Under the pieces are notes generated by a model that saw only the letters and a program-made list of their open reading frames with translations, made no database searches and had not been told where the DNA came from. A stretch of 64,000 bases of DNA from the human T2T-CHM13v2.0 reference genome, Homo sapiens: assembly GCF_009914755.1 (NCBI RefSeq), contig NC_060926.1; one strand, 5' to 3'. Shown here in pieces: positions 11,958 through 25,689 of the stretch. Each line of letters begins with the position of its first letter. Position 1 is the stretch's first letter. A program made the position numbers and the translations under genes.

Positions 11958-12519
11958 ACGCTGTATTTCATATTCTCATTCTCTGTGATTTAAGAGAGTA
12001 CACATTCTTAACACTCTCTGAAGTTAAGGAATCTTGGTATTGCAGTTAATATCCCTCTTTTAATGCGCACATAAAAATGTAATTTCATTTTCTAGAAACT
12101 CCAGAAGCAATTTACTTTCTTTTTTTTTCTCTCATTACCGAATTCACTCTTTTGGCTCATGTACTTCCACCATTGGCAAGGGTACAGATTTTATAACATT
12201 TCACGTTTATATATCTTATACTTTTGATTTAATTTTCATTCTTAATTTTCCTTCATGATGATGATTTTTTATCTTCTTGATTTTATCTTTTTGAAACCCA
12301 CCTCATCTCAATTCTTGTTGGAAACCTTGCATGAATAAACAGATATGTTAGGTGGACATCATTATGAATTAGATTATTGAGAGACAGAACTGGTCTGATG
12401 GTGGTACGGTAAGGTTTTGCCAGATTATTTTAAAAGAAGAATCTATGGAATATAACCAGTCACCGCAACCAGCTCCTCATTTAAATAGGATTGATCAGCC
12501 CCATAAAAAAGTATTAATA

Positions 12520-13143
<624 letters not shown>

Positions 13144-13348
13144 GTACCGTGTTTGAAGGGAGGAACAGCGCCTGTGTTCCCATGCAGCTCAGCGCTCACG
13201 CACATGTGCGGTGGTGATGCGGGGACTTCAGTCGAGAGCAAGCGGAGCGGCACCCAGTGGACCCGAGGAGTGAGCATTTTGCCCCAAAGCCATGAGTTGG
13301 CTCCCCAGACTCTCATAACCAGAGAGTTACGGAATTTTTTTTTTTTAC

Positions 13349-13485
13349 CTGGGCAACGTCTATATAATTTATCAGGTCTAATGGCCCTTCAAGGCCTTTT
13401 CCCTCGGAGAGTTTCAGTTTCTCAATGGCACCAACATATTTTATTCGAAATTCTGCACAGGTATCTGAATTATTGTTGCTTTGTC
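13349..13485 (-). CDS. ITGB1BP1: ITGB1BP1 exon 4 ([23 protein letters not shown]...YIDVAQ), start of the PTB domain
   Basis: cttcag acceptor and gtaaaa donor; 137 nt; PTB F.IKYVG motif. Confidence 0.96.
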
Positions 13486-13692
13486 CTGAAGATGAAAGAA
13501 AAGTGGTAAGACTTAAGAAGAAATATCTGCATTACAGAGTATCCTCAGTCCCTTCCCAAATAAAAACCAGACTGTCATTAGAACATAACCACTAATTACA
13601 AATTTTATAATACACAATATTTTTATGTAATGGGGAAGAACTTAAAATTTCACTAACCTTTTCCTCAGTGACTCATGGTATACTAAATATAG

Positions 13693-14710
<1,018 letters not shown>

Positions 14711-15257
14711 GTTTCTAAGATCTACTAATTTCGGGCAGCTGCATAAATATCTACAAGGGTCTGGGACAGATCCTCCCCTTAATTACTTGTGTTGGTGGTG
14801 GTCATGAGCTGGTGAATCTCTGGGTTCCTTGGAGTAAATGAAAGGCTCCTTAGCCCTTTAATCACCAAGATATTTGCCCTATTCCCCATAGACAACATAA
14901 GTCCAATGGAATTCATCTTCTGCCACCCCATTTCTTTCCATTTTATTTTTAATTTTTGTGGGTACATAGTAGGTGTATGTATTTATTGCCACCCCATTTC
15001 TTAAAAAACTATTTTGAAACTTCCAGTTTGCCCATGTGCCTGTGCCAATCTCCAAAGGCTATGTGGTTTCCCCCAATCACACCACACCCTCAGCCCACGT
15101 CCCGCCAAATCTTGGTCCACTTCTAAACTCTTGTCAAAAGTGGCAAAGGAGAGGAAGAAAGCCACAAATACTGAAGAACTCATTGTGCTACCCCAGTAAA
15201 ACCACATGAACATCAATGAAAAGCGCAGACAATCAATGATCCAACCCTTTTATGTAC

Positions 15258-15336
15258 CTGAGCTTTTGGTGGAATCTGTGTCGAGGCTGGCCACAGTGCT
15301 GGATCGTGAAAGACCCCCAAGGCTAGAATCCACAGA
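15258..15336 (-). CDS. ITGB1BP1: ITGB1BP1 exon 3 ([26 protein letters not shown])
   Basis: tctcag acceptor and gtacat donor; 79 nt. Confidence 0.96.
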
Positions 15337-15744
15337 CTGAGAAACAGAAAAACAAGTAAAAAACCTCCACTGAAGCAGCCCTGTCTTCTCTAAAGTCCTC
15401 TAACCCATTCAAATCATTTATTAGAGTTGAGCTGACACATACAAAACCATGTCAATTATTCAGGCATATCGACTGTGCAGATTTTTCTTAAGACAAATTC
15501 TGTAACAAACTTCAAAAAAAAAACCACATAATCCCAACTGTTCGTTCGTCCCATGACATAATATCGGATAAATGCGGTGGCAATATTCTTAGTCGATTTA
15601 AATCGAAGCCATTACCGCCACCTCCTTACAAGATGCCTTCTATGAATATTCTTGCGAACATCTCTGCCTTGCTTTCACATGAGTTCCACTGAACCCAAAA
15701 CAAACCCTGTGCAGAAAGCCAGGCAAGGACCATGATCCCCGCTT

Positions 15745-15830
15745 ACTAAATGAGGAAGGAGACTGAGACTTTAGTGACTTATCCAAGGTCACATCTAGTA
15801 AATGGCTCCAATCTCAAACCTAGGTCTCTA
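15745..15830 (-). mobile_element. MIR fragment
   Basis: MIR core gtgacttatccaaggtcacatctagtaaatgg. Confidence 0.65.
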
Positions 15831-16041
15831 ATTCTAGGTCTCTGGTCCAGTGCTTCTGCAATTATTCTGACTAGTGTCTGGCCTGCAGCAGGAATTCAGA
15901 GGCTAACTGGCAGGACAGAGCAGACTATCATGTGAACTGCCACCAAAAAAACAACAAAACTGTTGAGCAAAATAGAATCACATGTAAAGGGAGTTGTTCC
16001 TCAGAGCTACACTCCCAATTTCTTTAGAAATAATAGTCTCT

Positions 16042-16680
<639 letters not shown>

Positions 16681-17334
16681 ACATTGGGCCACACAGATGA
16701 GATTTCCCTGTAGGGTCCCCACGCTTAAGGCTGAGGAAGTGGCAGTAGGGAGGTTCTGTGTTGAGCAGCTCCAGGAGTTCAAAAACTTCCAAGAACATGG
16801 TTCGTTTCCCCATTCTAAGGCTGCACAGGACTCCTACAATGTCAGCTTTCTGTGCTTCTGGTTACAAGGCCACCAGCTCAGCTGAGATAAGCCAGCTTAC
16901 CCTGCCCTGACTGGAAACTGAGTGGCAGTCGTGTGTCTTTGTCTCATTCACATGTGGCTGTTATTTAACAGCGTGGCACATGTGGCACATGGGAGGCCCG
17001 GCAGGCACCCGGGATGAAAGGTCTAGGGAGGCATCTCCTGAGGGGGCCTTGTGCGACCCTGCGAGACGCCTCCTTCTGTGCTGTGCCTCACCCCGGTCCT
17101 GGGACTGAGTGAACACACAACTTTAAAATTAGAGCATTCGCAAGGGTGGAAAATCATGAAAAGGCTGTTGAGTCACGGCATCCCATCCCATCCCACTCAC
17201 TCACTCATTGACCCGACTCAGCCTCCAGCTTCCTGCCTGTGCCTGGGATGTCTAACCCCCTTCCTCATTTATGCCTATTTGACCCGTATATTTTAAGGTC
17301 TCATTCACTACCTGCTTTTTTTTGGGAAGACTTC

Positions 17335-17765
17335 TGTGATGGTTAATTTTATATATCAACTTCTCTGGGCTAAGTACCCAGATACTTGGTCAAATACAAG
17401 TCTAGACATTGCCGTGAAGGTGTTTCTTTAAATGAGATTAACGTCTACACCAGCAGACATGGAGTACAGCAGAGGACCCTCCACCGTGTGGGCGGGCCTC
17501 ATCCAAGCAGGTGAAGGCCTTAAAGGAAAATGACTCAGGCTCCCAAGGAGAAGAGTCTGCCTCCAGCTGCCTCCAGGCTGCCTTTGGGCTCAAGCTGCCA
17601 CTCCCACTCCCACTCCCAGGGGTCTTCAGCCCGCCCTGCAGATTGCAGACTTGCAGCCCCCACAGTCACATCAGCCAATTCTTCAAAATAAACCTTGAAA
17701 ATACATCAAAATCTCTAGGATATAAACACATCCTACTGGTTCTCTGGAGAACTCCAACTAATACG
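17335..17765 (+). mobile_element. MLT2-type (ERVL) solo LTR with 5-bp TSD ACTTC
   Basis: Starts TGTGATGGTTAATTTTAT and ends GAGAACTCCAACTAATACG. ACTTC at 17330-17334 and 17766-17770. Confidence 0.82.
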
Positions 17766-17859
17766 ACTTCCTCCACAACTTTAGGCCTACAACCTCCCCA
17801 GTCTCTGAATCCCTCAAGCAGTATCTGTCATTACCTCACGCACCTTCATGTTTTCTGAA

Positions 17860-19068
17860 TTATTCACTGTCTCTGGGTGTCAATCATGTCTCAAATGGTA
17901 TCTGGCATCCAGGTAGAAACACCTGGAATGAATCACTTTTTCTGCCTCCCACAGCACCTGGTATGTTAAGGGTTTAAGCTTCGATAACTCTCTTTTCCTC
18001 ATACTCCACAAGCCATCATCATCGATCCATGGGTCCCATGAGTGCCACCTCAAACTCTCTGCAGAACCTGAGGTTTCAGCGCTTCCTTCACACCCCGTCC
18101 AAGCCCCCATCATCTCTCAGGTTCTTACCACATCCTCCCCGGCAGTCTCTCTGCTCCTGCCCTTTCCCTGCTCACAGTGGCCAAAGTGACCCCCAACAAA
18201 ACTTATATAATATTCTGTCACTCCCTGGCCCCAGGCGCCCCCTGCTTTACTCTCAGAGTAAAAGCCCAGGTCTTCACAACACCTGCACCTGCCTCGCCCA
18301 GGCCACGCTGGTCTCCCTGCTGTCCCCCAAACACACAGGCTCGCTCCTCCCATGGGCCTTTGCTCTCTCCTCTCCCTAAACTGCGATCCTTCCAGATCTT
18401 ATCATGGCCCCACTTCTCCTGTAGGCCCCTGCTCAAATGCCACCAAGAAAACAAGGCCTTTTCTCGGGAGGAGGGGCAGAAAAAAATAAATAAGACCTTT
18501 TCTTTTCTTTTTTTTTTGAGACGGAATCTTGCTCTGTCACCCAGGCTGGAGTCCAGTGGTGTGATCTCAGCTCACTGCAACCTTCGCCTCCTGGTTCAAG
18601 CAACTCTCCTGTCTCAGCCTCCCAAGTAGCTGGGACTACAGGTGTGTGCCACCACACCAGGCTAATTTTTGTATTTTTAGCAGAGATGGGGTTTCACCAT
18701 GTTGGCCAGGTTGGTCTCAAACTCCTGACCTCAGGTGATCTGCCTGCCTTGGCCTCCCAAAGTGCTGGGATTACAGGCATGAGCCACCGTGCCCGGCCTG
18801 AAAATAAGACCTTTTCTACCAGACTGTTGAATACTGCCCCTCTCCCAATCTCCCACCCCCTCCATTCCTGTAGTTTCTTCCCCCCGTGTTAGTTTCCACC
18901 ATCTGAAACTCTATATTTTACTTATTTATTCATTATTTTCTCCCCCAACTGAAATGGAAGCTCTGAGGCCAGGAATTTCTTCCCTCTCCCTAACTGCTCT
19001 ATTTTATGCCCCTTAAACAGAGTTTGGCACACAGCCATGCTCAACAAATACTCGGTGAATGAATGAGT
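17860..19068 (+). mobile_element. L2 3' fragment interrupted by an antisense AluS (18495-18799, TSD aataagacctttt)
   Basis: L2 tail ctcaacaaatactcggtgaatgaatga; TSD visible on both sides of the Alu. Confidence 0.65.
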
Positions 19069-19705
19069 GTTCACGTGCCATTGTCCAGGAGGTAGAAATA
19101 AAATTGCCATTCTTCTAAACACCAACAAAATTGGTGTCAAAAACCTAGAACAAATATAATGCAGCTATCTTTATACTCTTATATTGAAAAATTATCTGTC
19201 AGTCAAAATGAAATCACTTTATTACTTGAGACAAAAGTTGCCAGTTGAATAGCTCCTCAACGGTTTGTTTTGCATGAATTAAATCCACGCTTACCTTCCA
19301 ACAGCATTCAAAAACTCTCTGGTATACAGCTATCTGCCAATCTCACTCTTAAGTAAAAGTAATTATGCACACCACAAACCCTAGAATTCAAGAGGCCCAG
19401 CCCCTTAATGCCTGCAATTTCTATCATTTAAAAATTTTTTAAATCAGTGCTTATTTCAACGAAACCATTCATAGGTCATGTCCCATCTAGTTTAATGGAT
19501 TTAAGAATTTCAGAAAACCTACCAGAACAGACAAAATGAAGCCAAGCATAGAATGCATCTCTAGCGCAAAAAGTAAATGTTAAAACACACTAGTTTGAAG
19601 ATTATCAGGAGATCTGCCCACGGTCAGTATCCTCCATACAATATCAGCTAGAAGAAACAAAACTCTCCCTGCTTTATGATTCTGTTCCAAATTCCATTTC
19701 CCTAC

Positions 19706-19777
19706 CTTGCTCTTAGTACTGATTTCGCTACTTTGGGAACTGCTACTACTGTGTCGTTTTTTGCCCTTGCGAAACAT
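19706..19777 (-). CDS. ITGB1BP1: ITGB1BP1 first coding part, in exon 2 (19812-19706): MFRKGKKRHSSSSSQSSEISTKSK
   Basis: ATG at 19777; basic NLS KKRH; tttcag acceptor at 19813; gtaggg donor. The six coding exons total 603 nt. Confidence 0.97.
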
Positions 19778-19856
19778 TTTTCACCACCATTGCTTGATCC
19801 AGAGAAGATCCCCTGAAAAAACAAATATTGGTAACAGTTACATCGGGAAAAGCAAC

Positions 19857-20288
<432 letters not shown>

Positions 20289-21409
20289 TAAGCAAAAAAG
20301 GCAGAAACCTTCTTGTCCTACAGGTGTGAAAAGCACTTTTCTCAAAATTTTCAGACACGTCACCTAGTTCTCAAAATTTTAAGGGCCTTACTTCTCTTCA
20401 ATTGAGTCAAGATTTTAGCAAAATATACTATGACACATTGGCTTTTCAGTCGAGATACTAAGATTCAGTAACCCTCTCAGTTTCACATTCTATACTTGGT
20501 AGGGCTAAGATATACACACCTCTCAGAAATGTGCATTTTTCCTGAAGTTTTGAAATACCTTTAAGTAAAAGCTGACACAAAGACATTCCCAGGTGCCAGC
20601 ACCTCACCTCCCCTCTCTATTAAGCGTAGTTAAGGAGATGACCTTGCCTCCCAGAGTCTGTGTTACATATTTCTTTTTTTGAAATTAATAATAATAAATG
20701 CCTTGGAAACTAAGATTCATCCTTGCCAGTTGCATAAGGACAGCATATACTATACTTGGCAAATTAACTAACCTACATGAAGCTGCACAGCTCACAGAAC
20801 TCCCGGGACAGTTCTACTGTCATAGCCTCATGATAACCTTGTGACATATCCATTTGCTCTACTGATGCTTTTTAAGGGCATACCATATGCCACACACTCT
20901 GCAGGGCTCTAAGCTCTCCCTCAAGGGGCTCACAGAAGGTGGGCTGTAATCTGCCTTTTACAGATGAGGGAACTGTGACCTGCCTCTCAAGACGATTTAT
21001 GAATAAGATAACCTGATCAATTTTTTACCAAAAACTGTATTCTCCAGAGAGAACAAGAAAATCTGCTTACTATAGAATTGAACACTATTTGACTGTCTTC
21101 AAAGGTCCCACATACAGCGGTCTGCACAGAGAGTTTCCTTTCATTCTGACCTGGGTGATGCTTTTCAGAGAAACTACGCACCTGATGAAGGAAAAAGAAC
21201 GAGCAACTCACGCAGCAGTCAGTGAAAGCTCCTGCTGCAACCCAAAGATTCTCCGTATTTGGAGACCCCACTCTAAGTCCACTTACTAGGGGACGACGTT
21301 AGGCCACTTGCCCAAGTCTGACCCCTGAGCCCAAGCTTTTTAATCAGCCTCATCATCCAATTTATTTCTATATTTTTGCTTTATTTGTGGGGTACCAGGA
21401 AAATCTGAT

Positions 21410-21960
21410 TTATTCATTCATTCCTGGATAGTCAGTGAGCACCTACCAGGTGTCGGGGATGCATCAGTGAACCAAACAGAGCCCCTGACCTCAGGGAGCC
21501 TGTTCTTAGCGAGAGTAGACAGACCAACAAGAAAAACACACATGAAACATATTATTAGGAAACCACTGCTATGAGGAAAACTAACACAAGTTGAGGAGAC
21601 ACAGACTAATGGAAGGAAGGGGTGGGTATTTCAGAAAAAGATGCTGTAGCTCTTTTTCTGAAAGAAGTGCGGGCAGCCATAAATAGCCTGGAGGCAATGC
21701 CGTGCGGGTGGAGAGGGGCCCGAGGGAACAGTCAAGGCTGTCCGGGAGCAGGAGGACAGCAATGGGCCCAAAGTGCCACAGAAGGCCAGGCAGGCCGCGG
21801 TAACAGTGGACTTTAGTTTAAGAGGAATACTCTGAAGGCTTTTTATTTATTTTTTGCTTATCTGCTGTGATCTTCTGGAATGGAGGCTTTTAAAAAGCAG
21901 TTTAGCGACACAATCAGGTGTCTTCTGTTTTTTAAACGATGACCCTGGCTGCCAGATAGC
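21410..21960 (-). mobile_element. L2 fragment
   Basis: tattcattcattc...gagcacctaccaggtg...cagtgaaccaaacaga is the reversed L2 3' end. Confidence 0.6.
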
Positions 21961-22496
21961 GAACTAACTCCACTGGATAAGGGTAAAAAGAGAGAGATGT
22001 GTTGGAAGAAGACTGCGGGTGATTGCTGCAAAGGGGAACCTTACCAGCACAGGACACTTGTCAGTGAGAGATGGCAGGAGAGCCTTATTCCAAGGCCTGC
22101 ACGAAACTAGGTTAACGTAGCAGCATAAAGTGCCATGTTAATGGCGCTCACGGGTTAAAATGTTGATGTGTAACATATTTAAACATCAGATACTTAAGTA
22201 TATATAAATACATATTTATATATAGGTAACAATTTTAAATATGATTTGAATTTTAAATCAAAACTTATTTTAAAAACAAAATGTGATTCTACTGTCAGTG
22301 GAATCCTGAAGTGTCTCCTCAAATCCCTTGATATGAAAATCATGACACGACAATGCCTTAGCAACTCCTTAAGGCTTTCTTTTCATCATCAACCCAGCGG
22401 CTTAGGAAAAAGCAGCATTTATTAAAGTCTTTGATATCTGCTGCAATTTTGATGCACGTTCTCAAGCAAATCATTCTTGCCTCAAAATTATTCATG

Positions 22497-22796
<300 letters not shown>

Positions 22797-23074
22797 TCAA
22801 AATGAGGCCAATGATCCTGATTGGCGATTGGATGCTCCGCAGGCTCATCAAATGCAAAGATGTCTCAAGCTGAACCCATCATCCTCCCCTCCAGATCTGC
22901 TCCTCTCCTCTCCTCTCCCTGTCAGGAGATTCTATTATTGCGGGAGGAAGCCAGAAAATCATGATTTCCTTGCTGTCCTTCAGGCCCCACATCCAATCTG
23001 GCACCAAGACCCACTGTATACCCCACCTGAAGAGCTCTCTGAGCCAGCTCTCCACCAGGGCCCCCGTCATCCTA

Positions 23075-23215
23075 AACCATGGGCACAGACACTATTTTTT
23101 TAGAAACTGATGAATGTGATGGATCCTCACCCTATAAAAATGCACATCCATACAAAGTTTGGCATGAATTTAAGGAATTCACAAACCCAAGGATATTTCG
23201 TGGATAAGGGACCTC
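23075..23215 (+). mobile_element. hAT-Charlie (MER117-like) DNA transposon relic
   Basis: ctgatgaa...atggatcctc...aaaaatgcacat...aaagtttggcat resembles the MER117 consensus as I recall it. Confidence 0.45.
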
Positions 23216-24451
23216 GTCCTACTGGATTCCCTAACACTTTAAATCGACCCCCACACTGCAGCCAAAACGATTAAAATGATTTCTTTCAAACATGAATCTA
23301 ATGCCACTAGCCTGCTGAAAATCTTTCACTGGTTCTCCAAAGTCAGAGACCAAAGTCAACGTTCTTCAGCACGACACGCCAGGTCCTCCAGGACCCAGCT
23401 CCTAATCACCTTTCCACTTCCATCCTCCACAACCCGGGCACAGTTCATTGATCTCAGCAAGGCAAAGCTGCTCCTGGTTCTCAGCGCGATGCTCCACGCG
23501 CCCCTGCTTTGCACCGCCCGGGACGTCCTTCACCTGTCAGGCACTTGGCTACTTCTTACCTTTCAAGGCCCGTTTCAGGCTGCAGGCCTTCCTGGGATCT
23601 CAAGGCTGGGGTAAGGGACCCACAGCTTGAGTGTACCCCCTGATCACAGCGCCACGATCTGCTGTGGTCTCTGATCTCACTCTCCCAGCTGCACGCTGGT
23701 CAAAGGCGGAGCTCGGTGACTCCTCTGCATTGCCAGGGCGCCTGGCAGGGGACGCGCTTACTGAAGCCGAGAACTTTCTGGGGAGGTGACACCCCAACAG
23801 CGATTCCCATGTACCAAACGCCTACCACGTGCCATGCACGGTGCTAGGTGCACAGATCCCTCTCACCCTCACCCTCACCGACCAGCAAGGCTGCAGGATA
23901 ACAGCCCCTTTCAAACGAGGATGCCAAAGCGCCCGAAGAGTCAGTGACCTGCCCAGGGTCACCAGAGTAAGGACGGATGCGGCCAAGCTCGGGGCCTAGG
24001 GAGAGCCGGCTCCGAAGTTCCTCCCAGACGCCAGCCTGCTTGGCACCTGTCTGTCACCGTGATGGAGCACCTTCCAAGCGCTGGGTGCGGAGGATGTGAC
24101 AGCGAAGGGGACAGACAACCCCGACCCTGAGAGGCGGGAGGCGGCCGAAGCGGGGCAGAGGAAGAGGCAAGGAAACGGCCCGCGGCCGCCCGCCTTGCCG
24201 CCCCTCCGGGGCGACAGCGGCTCGGGAAGCTGCAGTCCGCAAGCCCACGCCCGATCTGCGGTTCCAAGCTCCTCCACCCGCGCCCCGGGAGCGCGGCCCC
24301 GCCCGGAACCAAGCCCGAGCCCAGGCATCCCTCCTCCGCCCGCCCCGCGGCCCCACCCATCCTTCCTGGCCGTCCGCGCCGCTCTCGGGACCGTGTTCCC
24401 GTCAGGCCTCCGCGAGCTCGGCCCCAAGCGGGACGAGGGCTGGGCGCTCAC

Positions 24452-24620
24452 CTCGCAGCCGCGGGCCCATCCCCGGGTTGCGGACTTCGGGGTCCGCGTG
24501 GGAGTGCCGCGGCCTTTGGCGCCCAGGCAGCTACTCCCGTTCCCGCTCCAGCGCCGGCTTTTCCAGCCCTCCTGCCCACGTCCGCCGGGCCGCGCCTCCA
24601 AGACTATGCGCAGGCGCAGT
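24452..24620 (-). other. ITGB1BP1: ITGB1BP1 non-coding exon 1 (TSS approximate)
   Basis: Strong donor GAG|gtgagc at 24452/24451, inside the CpG island. Confidence 0.75.
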
Positions 24621-24852
24621 CCTGACGTCCTACCCCCGGTTCCAAGACCCCAAGTGGTGGGAAGCCTCGCGAGCGGCGTCCCCCGACCGGAAGTCGAGGG
24701 GAGGAGTCTAGTGCCGCGGGCTCCGGAGTGACGGAAGTTGTGCTCTTGGTGAATGGGGTTCTTCCTTTTTTATTTACCGGTGGCTGTGCTTCCAATTTAG
24801 GAAGACCCCGGCGACCTGTTCCTCACCCCCGCTTCGCCCTCACACTTTCGGG

Positions 24853-24902
24853 ATGTCTGCGATTCCTGCTGAGGAGAGCGACCAGCTGCTGATCCGACCC
24901 CT
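24853..24902 (+). CDS. CPSF3: CPSF3 exon 1 coding part (MSAIPAEESDQLLIRPL)
   Basis: ATG at 24853; CT|gtaagg donor; recognised CPSF73 N-terminus. Confidence 0.96.
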
Positions 24903-25689
24903 GTAAGGGACCAGCGAGAGAGGGAATGAAGCCACGGGCTGTGAGGGGCGCGAGGGGTAACCGGAGACTGGCCTCCTCCGTCGCCCGCGCTCCCACCTAC
25001 CCCGGCAGCCTGCCTTTGGTCCGCGCTTGCGGGCCAGGCTTCTCAGGCTCGAGGGGTTGGAGGACCGTTGATCGGAAGGGGCCTGCTATAGAGTGAACGG
25101 GATTTTGCTTTTTCATCAGTTTCAGGGGAGGGTATGTTGGAGTCGGAAAAAAAAAAGTTTTACGGGGCCACCGCTCGCTTTCGTACACGCTAAGAAGCGT
25201 TTTCACTTAGCACAAGCACGGATCTCTGCGCGTCAGGGCAAGCTGTGAGGGAGCCGGTGAAGCTTATGACCGACAGGATGAGAGGAGGACCTGAATGAGG
25301 CTACAGCCGTGCAGGGAAGAATTAAGTCTGTTTCTTAACACCAGGGCTTCACATGTGCCAGAAGTTAGAAAATATTAGGGACTTGCCGTGAGTTTCGATC
25401 TTCTCAGCTCAGGCCCTAGTAGAATAAGGAAGGTGTAAAGCTGGAGAAGAGAAAGTGCAGAGGTGTTAGGGACAAAAACTCAGTCCTCGACTGTCCATAA
25501 GGAGAGTGGCCTTTCAGTGGACACGATCCTCATCAGTCGGGAATGCTGCTGAAGGGGAGATGCAAATGTAGAGAACTTGAATTCCTACAGATGAGCATTT
25601 CGAACCCACAACATGTTTATTGTTAGATACTAGTTGGCACAACATGAATATACGCTTTCCAAAAGGTAGAAAGTATCTCCTTTACACAA

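Larger units (their letters stand above)
23950..25250. promoter_or_regulatory. CpG island and TATA-less bidirectional promoter of ITGB1BP1 (-) and CPSF3 (+)
   Basis: High CpG density. NRF1-type TGCGCAGGCGCA at 24607-24618, CRE-like TGACGTCC at 24623-24630, CTCGCGAG palindrome at 24666-24673, ETS/GABP CCGGAAGT at 24687-24694 and CGGAAGT at 24732-24738. Confidence 0.92.

Noticed and set aside
15440-15660. CpG-retaining intronic patches (also about 10200-10480 and 13150-13300) as possible ncRNA genes or enhancers
   Set aside because: No recognisable RNA family, splice structure or motif cluster; this cannot be supported from sequence alone.
23959-24795. 100-211 aa ORFs on both strands of the CpG island
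   Set aside because: Expected in GC-rich, stop-poor sequence; no recognisable domains.
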